From Octopus vulgaris (Eukaryota): 64,000 nt of DNA. A program made the translations under genes and the position numbers. Shown piece by piece: positions 40,779-53,890 of this stretch. Below the pieces are notes generated by a model that ran no database searches, had not been told where the DNA came from, and worked only from the letters and a program-made list of their open reading frames with translations. The stretch is from contig OX597837.1 of assembly GCA_951406725.2 (NCBI GenBank), positions 1,984,001 through 2,048,000 on the forward strand, in the 5' to 3' direction. Positions within the stretch are counted from its first letter, which is position 1. Every line of letters starts with the position of its first letter.

Positions 40779-40811
<33 letters not shown>

Positions 40812-43004
40812 ATACTCGTACGTGTATGTGTATGCGAGTGAGATTCAGGGCTAATGTTTGCCTGTGTATGCCTGTTTCAAATTTTGCGCCCCATTTTCTG
40901 GGTTGTGCTTGTAAAATTAAAAGGAATTCCTTGACAAATTAGTTTTCCATTCAAACCTGCAATCCAAGAACCTTGATTGAGCCCTAATTAAAAGAATCAA
41001 AAAGGAATAATACACCCACCGGAATTCCCACTGACGACTGTAATTAAGGGTGGAGTCTCCCATACAATTGTTCAAGTATTTGATATGAGCTTTACTAATT
41101 AATTAATATAATCTCAAGTAGTGTCATTGGATTTCACAGCATTGAAGCCAACACCCCGTATGTATGTATTTATGTTTGTTGCAGCGCATGTCTGTCTGTA
41201 TGTATGGTTTACTTCGGAGTTCTTTCTAGAATGAAAGGATTTGATTTCTAGCGAAGGAACAATGCACTATCGCTGGGATTTCGTAACAACGACGATAAGT
41301 ATTACATGCTGAACATTTAAAAGTCTTCTAGATCCTTATTGTTCCACTTACAAACTATATGTGTAAAGTGCGTATTAGCCGGTCTCTTTGCTTGAAAATC
41401 CTAGGTTTTCGAGATTGTTACTGCATGCACCAATGAATATTGATGTAAATGTGAATTTATAATGCGGGTAGAGGATCAACCCGGTTTCCGCTTTCGATCC
41501 TTTACTCAATCTAAGAATCATTGGTTTCTACATCAGACACCTGAAATTCACGTTTACCTTTGGCTTTACAGCCCTGCTTTTGTGTAAAAACATTATTCAT
41601 ATAAAGTTGAAAGTCAAAGGTGCATTTCTCTTCCAACTTCTTTTCTCATTTTTTCTCCTCTCGAATATTCTATAATGTTACTAGTTGGATGAAGGAGAGA
41701 TTGTCCAGCTAATTGCTGGGGTCGAGAGCGAAGGGACTTTTCCACGTTTTGTGGGTCTACAATCGGAGCCTGCTTGCAGGTGATACAGTTGTACACAACC
41801 CTGAACTTCGTCTCCCTTATTCCAGCACTTGTAATGGCCAAAGGGAAAGGGGTCCCTTCGGTTTCTAGTTTGTAGCACGGGGATCGATGCAACCTCATTC
41901 GGTTATTCTGAAGATTGTCCCAATGTTGCTCCGAAGACATTCTGTTCTTTTTTTTACTTCCTGCTGGCAGAATACCCTCAAGTTGGTTTTACTACGTAGA
42001 TGTAGCAATTTCACTCCCAGTTCAAAACTACATGTGACCTATATTCTCATCCACGATTCAGAACATAGAATATTCTTGTGGCCTTCGAGGATCAGAAGGA
42101 ACTGTATATTCATTGACACTCCACCGAAACACATGCCATTTTATGTGACCCCTAAGCTTACTACCAGTCCCTACCTTGCTACTAATTATGAGTAGAAAGT
42201 TAACGTCTTCACCAATAGTCTTGACTCTGAGTCTAGTGTTTCATCCCCACCAAACTATTATTGCTGGTCTATTGTCACGTGTCTGTTGAATTATGTCGGA
42301 CCTGTTTGCTTGCTTTGTCCTTTCTCCTAAGATCTACATACGTAGATTTGTACGCTTCCCTTCAGAGCTACTTGAAAGTATTGACTCGTTGTTAAAATGA
42401 AATTGCCGAGTCCATTCCAAAACATACATCGGGGATGGTTAGGTCACTTTCTCAAACTTTATCAGAAAGAAACGCACGCCCTGAGGCCACACAATACATT
42501 TTCTGCATTAGCTCACACATATTCAAAATATCTTTTACGACATTATTAGTAACAGAAGAACATAAGACACGAAACCAAGCTGCTGATATTACTAAATTAC
42601 GTTTAAATTTCATTTTATCACTATTTTCCCGACGTATTTTGCTGTGATAAAAAAGAAAACAGACTTTCATTATTTCATCGCAAATATCTGAGGTTTTTTT
42701 TTGCTTCTTTTTTGCATTTCTTTTTTTTTTTCTTTTCCGTTTTTGTTCTAGTTAAATCTCAAACAAGAAACAACATATCAAAAATAACTTACCTTTGTCA
42801 CTCCGGTTCTTCACAAATAAATTCCAATTTGTTCAGATTGTTCTGTTTGGCATGAAATCAAATTGAGGTGGTGGTGGTGGTGGGGGGGAAAATATTTCAT
42901 CCACTTTGAACGATAAAAATCTCCAGAACTTTCAGATCTGTCCGCAGGATCAAAATAGAAAGACGTATTAACAGCTCAGCGGCCAATAACGACAGCAATA
43001 TCAA

Positions 43005-43178
43005 GTTTTGGCACAAAACCAGCAACTTGGAGAGGATGGGGATGTCGATTAGGTCGACCCCAGTGTTTCACTGGTACTTATTTTATCGACCCCGAAAGGA
43101 CAAATGGCAGAGTCGACATCGGCAGAATTTGAACTCAGAACAAAGAAGAAATACTGCAAAAAAATTATGCGTGGCGTA

Positions 43179-43257
<79 letters not shown>

Positions 43258-43620
43258 GTTTCAAATTTTGCCCCAAAGACAGCAATGTTGGGCGAAGGGA
43301 TGAATCGATTACATCAACCCCGAAAGGGTGAAAGGCAAAGTCGAGTCAGCAGACTTTGAACCCAGGACGTAGCGACAGACGAAATACCTATTTCTTTACT
43401 AGCCACAAGGGGCTAAACACAGAGGAGATACACATGGACAGACAGACGGATTATGTCGATTATATCGACCCCAGTGCGTAACTGGTACTTAATTCATCGA
43501 CCCCGAAAGGATGAAAGGCAAAGTCGACCTCGGCGGAATTTGAACTCAGAACGTAACGGCAGAGAAATACCGCTAAGCATTTCACTCAGTGAGCTAACGA
43601 TTCTACCAGCTAGCTGCCTC

Positions 43621-43719
<99 letters not shown>

Positions 43720-44105
43720 CCTTTCTACTGTAGGTACAATTCCTGAAATTTTAGATGGGAGAGGATTTATCGATTAAATTGACCCCAGTGCGTAACTGGT
43801 CGACTTTACCTTTCATCCGAAAGGATGAAAGGTAAAGTCGACCTCGGCGGAATTTGAACTCAGAACGTAAGGTCGGAAGAAATGCCACTAAGTATTTTGT
43901 CCTGCGTGGTAACCATTCTGCCAGCACCACTCTTGCAGCAATAATCCTTCCTATTATAGGCACAAGGGCTGAAATTTTGGGGTGAGAGGGCTAACGGTTA
44001 CATCGACCTCAACGCTCAACTTGATGAAAGTAAAGTTGACCTCAGCGGAATTTGAGTTCATAACGTAAAGACGGACGAAATGCGGCTAAACATTTTGCCC
44101 TGCGC
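43005..44105 (-). mobile_element. Array of about 5 SINE family A copies separated by (AAT)n
   Basis: Repeated AAAGTCGAC..GGAATTTGAACTCAGAAC cores. The long-form tail is joined to GGTATTTCGTCTG at ~43388. Confidence 0.88.
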
Positions 44106-44106
44106 A

Positions 44107-44181
<75 letters not shown>

Positions 44182-44182
44182 G

Positions 44183-44249
<67 letters not shown>

Positions 44250-44269
44250 TAATAATAATAATAATAATA

Positions 44270-44296
<27 letters not shown>

Positions 44297-44300
<4 letters not shown>

Positions 44301-45000
44301 CAAACATGTAATAAAAAGAAATATAACAAGTAACTGCAGAATATGTGGAGATGGACAAGAAACAATAAATCATATTATCTCTGGCTGCCCAGTCCTGGCT
44401 AAGAAGGAATATATTCACAGACATGACAGAGTTGGAACCTACATACACTGGAAGCTATGCCAACATTATGGAATAACAACAGAAAAAAGATGTTATAAGC
44501 ACACACCAGAAAAGGTCACAGAAAACGAGAAAGCAACCATACTCTGGGATATGGCGATACACACAGATAGAGAAATTAAGGCCAACAGACCAGATATAGT
44601 TGTCAGAGATCATGAAGAAAAAAATGCTTTCTAATTGATGTATCAATACCGGCAGATGACAACGTGTCTCTAAAAGAAATGGAGAAACTTTCAAAATACA
44701 AAGACCTGGAAATAGAGGTAACTAGAATGTGGAACCTAAAATCAGAAACAATTCCTATCATAGTAGGTGCATTAGGCATGATAAAAAAATATTCAGACAA
44801 ATACATAACAAAAACAACAGGACTTACAAACACATATAACATACAGAAAATTGCGCTACTAGGCACTGCACACATCCTACGCAGAACACTTTCCATACAA
44901 TAACCATCAGAGTATCACAACAAATCACAGCACATACCCAAGGCACACAGAGCTGTGCTCGGTAGTGAAGTGAAAGCACGCTATAAAAATAAAACTACTG
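44297..45000 (+). mobile_element. R4/Dong-like non-LTR retrotransposon, 3' portion
   Basis: CRICGDGQETINHIISGC (CCHC), RHD, ILWD..TD..NRPDIVV, then after a 1-nt frameshift LIDVSIP..KE.EK..KYKDL (RLE). Stop at 44901-44903; the 3'UTR ends in (AAT)n. Confidence 0.92.
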
Positions 45001-45012
45001 AATAATAATAAT

Positions 45013-45235
45013 AAGTACCAGGCAGTGGCTCTCATGGCTTCTGATCTTAACTGATTGGAAGTGTTATCATGTATATGGTTTTGTCTTGGTATAAAAAGAT
45101 GAGCTACAGCAAATATTCTGCTCAATACCACAGATTTGCTTGTCAGTTGTTTGACCTTAACCGGTTGACCATGTCCCTTAGTGGCTGGCGATATGTGCAT
45201 CTCTGATCACAAGCAGAAGTAGTGGGGGACCATAT
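45013..45235 (+). repeat. Interspersed repeat (unclassified)
   Basis: A second copy lies at 1085-1250. Confidence 0.7.
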
Positions 45236-46049
45236 ACTTTTTACAGCTTTGAAACTAGTGGAATGATGAGACGAATTAATCCTTAAATTGGAGATTTGGT
45301 CCGAATGCTTGCAGCAGTGAACTCCGCTAAAGACACTCGGGACCAGTGCCGTGCTGATTACAGCTACCATCCAGATTTCAGAGCGCAATTAACCGGAAAG
45401 CAACACTGTAAGGAATCAACGTCTGTCGCTCTCACTATTCCGTCAATCTAGCTTACAAGAATGGTATTTAATTTGGTTCACCCTCCCAAACACTGTAGAT
45501 AACATATTCGAAATGCAGAGAACAGCAATAAAGGTTGTGATTGGTCTAAATATTTTAAGAAAAGTAGAACTCGTTTTTTTTGCAAGGAAAGGAAAAATCA
45601 CAAAATCAGTTTTCGTAAAAACAAAATTCTATCGAGCAAGGCCCGTTCTGATTTTGTTAATTGATAATCGCATACAACATCCAATTAAATATGATAATCA
45701 ATTGTTTCTTATATTTAGAATTTAAAATTTCCTAATTGTCCGAATTGTAGTAACATACAGTGTATTCGGAAAAAGAAGTGAATACCAACACACAAAACGA
45801 TAGGTTGAAATTATATTTCGATACAATTTTCTTCATTTACGTAAAAGCGCACATACAAAGTAAGCGGCGAATACTTGTATGAAATACAATTTTTCGAATA
45901 ACTTTGAAAAAGAAAAACCACTCCATTAAAGTTTTTTTAAGAAAAGAAACGCAGGTTAATTGCAAAGGAGCGCCATTATGAACGTTTCCAAATACCCTGA
46001 TGCCAAAGAGTGGCCTACACCCCCTGATATACTGAGGTTCATCTTTCAT

Positions 46050-46170
46050 TTACTCGTTTCAACCATTTGACCGAACCACTAATTTACGGGGGACGTAAAC
46101 GTACTGACACCAGTTGTCAAGCGGTGGTGATGGACAAACACTGACATAAAGGCACATACACACACACACG

Positions 46171-46218
<48 letters not shown>

Positions 46219-46665
46219 ACCGGCGCTTCTTGCAATTTCCGTCTATCAAATCCACTCACAAGGCTTTGGTCGACCCGAGGTACGACGCAGTGGGACTGAG
46301 CCCGGAACCATGCAATTGGGAAGAAAATTTTTTACCGCACAGCCACGCACAACACTATATTATATATTGACTTCTACTTTGGGCAAGTATCTTCTACTAT
46401 AGCTACGGGCCGACCAAAGCTTTGTGAGTGAATCTGGTAGATGGAAACTGAAAGAAGCCAGTTATGTATATATATGTTGGTGCGATTGTCCACCACCATC
46501 GCTTGACAACCGATATTCAGGTGCTTACGTCCCCGTAACTTAGGAGTTTGACAAAAGATACCTAAATAATAAGTACTAGGCTTACAAAAAATAAGGCCTG
46601 GGGTCGATTTGTTCGACTAAAGGCGATGCTCCAACATGGCCGCAGTCAAATTACTGAAACAAAGA
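46050..46665. mobile_element. Two SINE family B copies in divergent (inverted) orientation
   Basis: ~46050-46350 on the minus strand and ~46375-46665 on the plus strand. Confidence 0.85.
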
Positions 46666-46990
46666 TATAAACAAAAAGAGGTTTCAAAGAAAAAAGACGA
46701 CACGTGGTTAAGTAGCTGAAAAGTAAAAACAAAAAGCACAAAGAAGATGCACACTAGATATTAAAAAAATAACGGCTTTTTAAAAATAAAAACAAAGATA
46801 TAAACATACAAATAAATGATTTGAGGTGGAATTAAGAATTATAAAAATCATTATCACGTGTCAATATAGAAGGTCATACTGGTTTCGTCATCTCTGTTCA
46901 CTGACTTTGAATCAACGGTGATTTTGTTTTTAGAAAAAAATTGCCGTCTTTTTATCTTTATTTCTTTTCACTTTTCCCCCTATATATATA

Positions 46991-47045
46991 TATTTGCCCT
47001 TTCAATTCCACAACACATTGGAATTATTCCATTATTTTTTGTCTT

Positions 47046-47086
<41 letters not shown>

Positions 47087-48249
47087 GCCTGCTTACCTAA
47101 CCAGTAGTTTAGTATCATTTGAATGTTAAAAGAATTCGAGATGGTACGTTGTGACCAGCGATGTATACCACCTGACAGTCTGGCTTATAAGGAGATATAC
47201 ATTAATATGTACCGGTGCTACAGCATGGCCATAACTATCAAAGGCGTATGTTACTGGCATATAATTGATATTTTATATTTTTATCACTGCCCAATTCCCA
47301 GCCTCTATAAAAAATACCTGTAGACCCAATTTGCATCTAGTTGTTCTGAAAAGTCCTGTCTGTGCGTCTTTAGCATCTCTCTCTATCTTTATGCCCCCCC
47401 CTCACCTGTAATCCTCTCTCTATCATTCTCTCTATGTCCCTCTTTTTCTATTTTCTCAGAAATTTTTTCCAGTGTACGTCTGAATGCACAATGTCTCGGT
47501 GTAACAACATAAAAAATGCATGAATTTTATAAAAGTCTCAAGAAAATAAAGATGAATAGACAAAAATAAAATACAAAATATTACTGAAGGAATTACTCAA
47601 GAAAGAATCTGGCAGTGACATATAAGAACGTTATTTGATTTGCATGGAATAGTGCCTGAGGTTGCGGGTTCTAATTACGCCAAAGTCATTATGATAATAT
47701 TGATATTGCTACAAGAGTGGGCTGCGAGCCAAACTCAGCGCACTCTCATTATACATATATACACACAGATATACGTAGACATATACATAAACATATACGG
47801 TGCACATATGCAAATATATCCACCCGCACACACAAATACATACACATATATATACACAAAAATATATACTCAAACATACACACACACACATACATACACA
47901 TATATATACACAAAAATATATACTCACACATACAAACACATATACATATACAAATATATATACTCAAGCATACGCACACATATATATATTTAAACAAGTA
48001 TATTAAAAAAAAATACACACACACATATATATACAGACACAGACATACACATATATACAGATAAACGTATGCACTAGCATAAAAACACGCGCACACACTT
48101 GTATATGTGTGTGTGCGTGCGTATATGTGTGTGCATGTGTGTGTGTGTTTTGTGGTGAGTGCGTGGTGTGTGTAAGGAAATTACACCTTTGGAATATTTG
48201 CCCTTTCAATTCCACAACACATTGGAATTATTCCATTTTTTTTTGTCTT
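46991..48249 (+). repeat. 55-bp direct repeat pair (46991-47045 / 48195-48249)
   Basis: TATTTGCCCTTTCAATTCCACAACACATTGGAATTATTCCATT(A/T)TTTTTTGTCTT occurs twice; the first copy is embedded in (TA)n. Confidence 0.9.
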
Positions 48250-48531
48250 TCTTTTGTTATTCCAATCTTTTCTTTAATTTTTCCTTAGTTTCGGCCTCTC
48301 TTCCTTCCTTTTTCTTTCTTTCATTTTCCTTCTGCTGTTCTTTTCACTTTGGTGAATCTTTTAAAATATCTCCATCAAAATATTTCGGTCAAAAGAAGAA
48401 TAAGAAATATCGAGAAGATGCTTTTAAAGTTTACGAAAACTACTTTTATTGATCGCAAATTTTGCTGCCGCAATAACGGACGGTTTTGGTCTTAAGCTCA
48501 TCCTAACGCTGAATGAATACAGACAGACCTA

Positions 48532-49788
48532 CGAGGGACGTTCAATAAGTAATGCCCCTGATCCACCTGCTGTTGTTTGATGAAGCTGAAATTTTGCATA
48601 TGCAATTATTTATATCTCTGTAGATGAAGTGGCAAATTACAGCTCTGAACTAATTGTGGTTTCTGATTTACAGGTGGTTGAACTGAGTCAAGTGTGAAAT
48701 GGAGCCTGTTGAGTGTCGAGAAGTGATCCGGTTTTTGTAATTGAAAGGACGCACACCACGGGAGACTTTTGATGAAATGAAAGTAACTTATGGTGTTGAT
48801 GCCCTATCATATGACCTTGTAAAACGCTGGCATCGTGAATTCAAACATGGTCGGAACTCTGTGGAAACAGCTCCCAGATCTGGTCGCCCCATTTCTGCCA
48901 TTGATGAGGCATCTGTCTGTCAAGTTGAGGCTGCCATTTTGGAAGATCGACGCATAACTACTCACCAAATAGCCCATGAGGTCAAGATTAGTACCGGGTC
49001 TGTGGAAATTATCATTCATGACCGTTTGCATATGCAAAAGGTGTCTGCCAGATGGATTCCCAGGCTGCTCACGCCTTTCCAAAAGCAAGAACGCTTCGAG
49101 TGCTCGAGGATGAATTTAGAGATGTGCCAAGATGAGTCAAAATTTTTCAAAAGACTGATTACACAGGATGAAACCTGGGTCCATCACTATGATCCAGAGA
49201 CCAAAGCTCAGTCAGTGTAGTGGGAGTACCGTGACTCACCTCCTCCAAAGAAGGCAAGGGTGCAGCCCTCCGCTGGCAAGGTCATGCTCATAGTCTTCTG
49301 GGACCAGACGGAGTAGCAAAGGGTACCACAATTACAGGAGCCTATTATGCTTCACTTTCGAGGAAATTAAGAGAAGCTATCAAAATCAAAAGGTGGAGCA
49401 AGATCAGCAAAGGTATCCTTCTCCTGCAGTACAACGCTCCGGTCCACAACTCGCGTGTCGCCAGATCAGAAGCACAGGCGTGCGGCTATGAACTCCTCCC
49501 CCCTACTCTCCTGACCTTGCACCCTCTGATTTTCACTTCTTCCCAGCCATGAAGTTGTTTTTGAAAGGAACGCGTTTCCCAGATGATGCAGCCTTGATTT
49601 CTGAAGTCACGTCGTGGTTGGAGTATCAAACTGGAGTCTTCTACAAAAACAGTGTCCAGAGCTGCATCAAACGATGGGAGAAATGCGTAACTCTGGGTGG
49701 TTCCTATGTAGAAAAAGACTAACAACTGTGCCAAGTTTCGTTGCTCTACTGCTATGGGAAGTCGGTCAGGGGCATTGAACGCCCCTCG
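48532..49788 (+). mobile_element. Full-length defective mariner transposon
   Basis: TA|CGAGGGACGTTCAATAAGTAATGCCCCTGATCC ... GGTCAGGGGCATTGAACGCCCCTCG|TA. The right TIR lacks 7 bp. Confidence 0.95.
48699..49722 (+). pseudogene. Mariner DD34D transposase pseudogene
   Basis: MEPVECREVIRFL*LKG..RWIPRLL..TQDETWVHHYDPE..LLQYNAPVH (second Asp mutated to Tyr)..YSPDLAPSDF..GSYVEKD*, with internal stops and frameshifts. Confidence 0.93.
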
Positions 49789-49984
49789 TATGACCAAAAG
49801 CATTCCAGCCATGCCCATTATGAGTTTCTATCAGACGTAATTTTTTTTCTTTTTTCATCAGGAGGGAAAGCCGAATCCATTACACTTTCAGGGTCTTCGA
49901 GACTGCTGGTAGCTAGGGAGCATTCCTTAAACCGAAAACCTGGTCTCAGCAATTTCACCAGAGTGAATTCCACTCAAGTTACCC

Positions 49985-50081
49985 AGGTGGTGGCACCTTG
50001 GGTAAGTGTCTTCTACAATTGTCTTGGGCTGATGAAAACACTGTGTGTGCATTTGGGAGACGGAAACTGTAAAGAGCCCGT

Positions 50082-50140
<59 letters not shown>

Positions 50141-50757
50141 ATATATATATATATATATACATATATATAAATATATACATATATATATACATATATACAT
50201 ATACATATATATATACATATATACATATATATATATACATATACGTATATATACATATATATATATACATACATTATACATATACATATATATATATGTG
50301 TATGTATGTATGTATGTATATAATTAATTAAAACAGAGAAAAAGACAATAAGAAAAAGCAACAGGGCGAGGACGTGGTACATGCAAAGTGTTAATAAGAC
50401 GCTCAGGGAAGGAAAGAAAGAGTGGTTGCTTTACGTTTCGAGCAAAGCTCTTCGTCAGAAACAAGAGACAGAGGAAAGTCTAAGAGAAAAAGAAAACTGA
50501 GGAAAAATATCGCCAACAATCCACATGTAGTTACATTTTACATTTTGATATGTATGTATGTAAGTGTGTATGTGTGCGTTTATGCGCGTGTGTACGTGTG
50601 TGTGTATGTGCGTGTGTGCGTGCGTTCCCCACCCCCGCTTGACAACCGGTTTTGATGTGTTTACATTCCCATAACACAGATAGAAATAAGTACCAGGCTT
50701 AACTGAAGATGCTGTCCCAGCATAGCCGCAGTCTAATGACTGAACCAAGTAAAAGTT
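49985..50757 (+). mobile_element. SINE family B split by an expanded microsatellite and a ~220-bp inserted unit (~50322-50547)
   Basis: The 5' half ends at ~50084 and the 3' half resumes at ~50622. Confidence 0.8.
50426..50464 (-). ncRNA. Minimal type-I hammerhead ribozyme motif
   Basis: Minus strand reads TTGTTT-CTGACGA-A-GAGC-TTT-GCTC-GAAA-CG-TA-AAGCAA. It has a 6-bp stem I (one G-U), an intact core, a 4-bp stem II, a palindromic ACGT stem III and a GUA cleavage triplet. Confidence 0.82.
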
Positions 50758-51324
50758 AACAGATGAGTATCGTCGTATGTCCTCGTTTACTCAGAGCATG
50801 GCCGCCATTGTTTCAGCAAAGCTAATCCTCGGTAAACTGCATCAGATTATCAGAGAAACTATGTTTCAGAAAATGTGATACTGCCACCAGTTGAACTGTA
50901 TTGGAAGAATGGAAAATAGCAAAAACTAAAATAAAATAATTCTGTATTTGGTATAAGAAATATTCTGTGAAAAAGCCGTAGCGCCCGGAGATGTCATTGT
51001 TGAGAATTAACAAAATAACATTAGATCTTTGTGTTGTGCCTTGGGAGGGTCATTCCACCAATACCAACACACGCACAGTTTTGCTATAAATCACCCCCCC
51101 ACACACACAAATTCACATCAAGAATCTCGCAAACCAAACATAAATACGAAATTAAAATTTGATATGTGGCATTATGTTGAAGCGCAGCCATGAAGGATTT
51201 AGTCGAGAAACATCAACTCAGCACTATGTCAAGTAAGAGGGACTTCAAGAAACCAAATCCTCTGTCGAGCGTCAGGTCGGAGGAGAAGAACACAAAAACA
51301 TGTGCGAGTTCGCGCACTTATAGA

Positions 51325-51805
51325 GACGGCGGGCTGGCTTCCACGCAGTTTCCCTCTACCCAAATCATACAAAAGGTATTAGTTGGTGTGGAGCTATAGT
51401 GGATATCATTTGGTCAAGGTGTTGCGCGACTGAACCAAAAAACAACATGACTGCAAAATGCGCTTCTTAACCACACAGAAATACTTGTTCAGAGTTCAAA
51501 TTCCGTCATGGTCGACTTTAATTTTTTCCGGGGTCTATAAAATAAGTACCTGTCAAGTACTGCGTTCAAAGAATTCGACTACCCGCTCCACCCCACCGAG
51601 CTGGCACAATCGTTAGCATGCCGGACGAAATGCTTAGCAACATTTCGTCTGTCTTTACGTTCTAAGTTCAAATACTGCTGAAGTAAAATTTACCTTTCAT
51701 CCTTTCAGGGTCAATAAAACAAGTACCAGTCGAGCACTGGGATCGATCTAATCGTCGATCCGCCTTCCCCGAAATTGCTGGCCTTGTGCCAAAATGTGAA
51801 ACCAG
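51325..51805. mobile_element. SINE cluster: family B (minus, ~51325-51480) and two family A copies (plus, ~51490-51590 and ~51595-51805)
   Basis: Shared cores with the other copies. Confidence 0.8.
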
Positions 51806-52788
51806 CATATGTGAGCGCGCAGCTAGGCAAAAACAAAAACAGACAAAGAAGGTAGTTGGTTTTATCGAAGCACTATACGACTGTGTTAATATATGTGTAA
51901 TTTGCTTGTAAGTCGGTCTGTCTGTGTCTTATATAATTAAGTTTAATAGGGCAAAGAGTAATTAGTTGAAAAAGTAAAGGTTGTATCTAATTAGCATTCA
52001 TTAAATGTGAGAAAGTAAAAATGAATTTAAAATGAATTAAATAATATTTCATTGACAGCTAAATTTCTTGTAGAATTCTGCTATATTTTTAATTCTTCCA
52101 AAATCTCACTCTTTCACAAACATATTGCGTATCCGTGTGCATATACATATAAATGTGTGAGTGTGTGTGTGTGAGTGTGTGTGTTTGTATACGAGTATAA
52201 AAATATATACAAAGTGTATATATAAAATATATACATATGTATACACATACAAAGATGTATGTATATATATAAAGCCGTTTACATACATATATAGATATAT
52301 TTGTGTATATACCTATATATTTATACATATAAGTCACATGTGTATACACACACACACTCGTTAACATACTACATATATATACATGCACATACATTTGTGT
52401 GTGTGTGTGTGTGTGTGAGTGTGTGTGTATGAAAGCATCCACACACTTCAAAACTTAAACCTCTTATTTTCGTTCGCTCCTTTTTTCTTCCTCGCCTTGT
52501 ACAGTCCAGTTAACAAAAACCAGACAATGAAATTAAATATATATACTATTTATCTTATCTTAAATAAAGCGAACAAAGAACACAAATAGACATTATAATT
52601 GTGTAGATTATATTATATTATCATTATATTATTATATTATATCATATTACCGTGGCTGAGAAAAGAACAATCAGGACAAATAAAATGGCCGTTTATAACT
52701 TCTCTTAAATCAAGTAAAAATATCTACGTTGTGTTACTATTTATGTTGAGAGTCACACACACATATATAGACACACAAATACATATAT

Positions 52789-52837
<49 letters not shown>

Positions 52838-53569
52838 GCACACAAGTCATTAATTATCCGCAATGTACTATATTTTTATGTATTAGCGAGGAATTATAGA
52901 TGCGCGCGGATCTCTAGAAGTGGTCTTCCATTAGTCAACTCGGAGCCGATTTTCAAATTGTATTTGTTCTTACGTTGACTTTGGACACTCTTGACTCTGT
53001 TCTGTGTGAAGGAAAGCAGTAGTGTTCTTTAACCAGTTTTTTGTCGACTGTGTTTGTATCAGGAGCCGAAATTATTCTGCGACTCCTGCACAATATGGAA
53101 TCGTTGAGTTATTTAAAGACTGTCTAAAACGGACGGAGAACTTCCGGCATGGTTGCACAAATATCATGTATGATGAAGGTGCGAAACACTTGACCACGTC
53201 CTGGGTTAATTAGGATATTTCACGATTCGCTCTCATGGTTCTCTTCAATGGATGAATACATTCTAAATAATATGCAGGCTTTTCTGGATTCTGTGTTTGA
53301 AGTTATCCACAACAGACTTAGGTTTGGTAAATGTTTGCTGTATGAGTAACAAAACAACTCACGCCGTTGCATACATAGAAATTATTTTAAAATCTAAAGA
53401 ATTTTGGGCCACAGAAACTAGAAACAGCTGGCAAACATCGGCATTGGTGACGTCTTTTATAACTGTGTTCCAACTTCCCGCACACACACACACAGACACA
53501 CACACACACACATACACACATACACACAAACACAAATAAAGCACACTCTTTAATTATTGGATTTCAGCT

Positions 53570-53890
53570 CCATTACCACCGCTATGAATTTAGACCATCA
53601 ATCCTTCCTGACACTTATTTTATGTCTGGACTTTATTATATCAGGCACTATTTGCCGAATCACTAAGATACTGTGATGGAAACAAACCGGCACTGTTTGG
53701 CAAGCAGTGACCAGTAAGCAAATACGAAGAGAGGCGAACGAACACCCTCACGTACTAATATAAAACGGGATTCCGTGCAGTTTCTGTCTCTCGGTTTCAC
53801 TCAAAAATATTGATCATCCGACAACTCCAGGTTCCGCGCAGTGGGTTGAACCAGAAACCATATGGTTTCAAAGCGAATTTCTTAGCCGTA
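53570..53890 (-). mobile_element. SINE family B, old degenerate copy
   Basis: Contains TTGCCGAATCACTAAG and CCGCGCAGTGGGTTGAACCAGAAACCATATGG segments. Confidence 0.65.

Noticed and set aside
41620-42370. Similar stretch with short Cys-containing ORFs (possible gag/ORF1 relic)
   Set aside because: No complete CCHC or other diagnostic motif; cannot classify.
43005-44105. Regularly recurring repeat-spacer pattern superficially like a CRISPR array
   Set aside because: The repeats are SINE copies and the spacers are (AAT)n. The context is eukaryotic and there are no cas genes.
53128-53145. GGACGGAGAACT, matching part of miR-184
   Set aside because: Only 12 nt match, the 3' half differs, and no precursor hairpin is evident.
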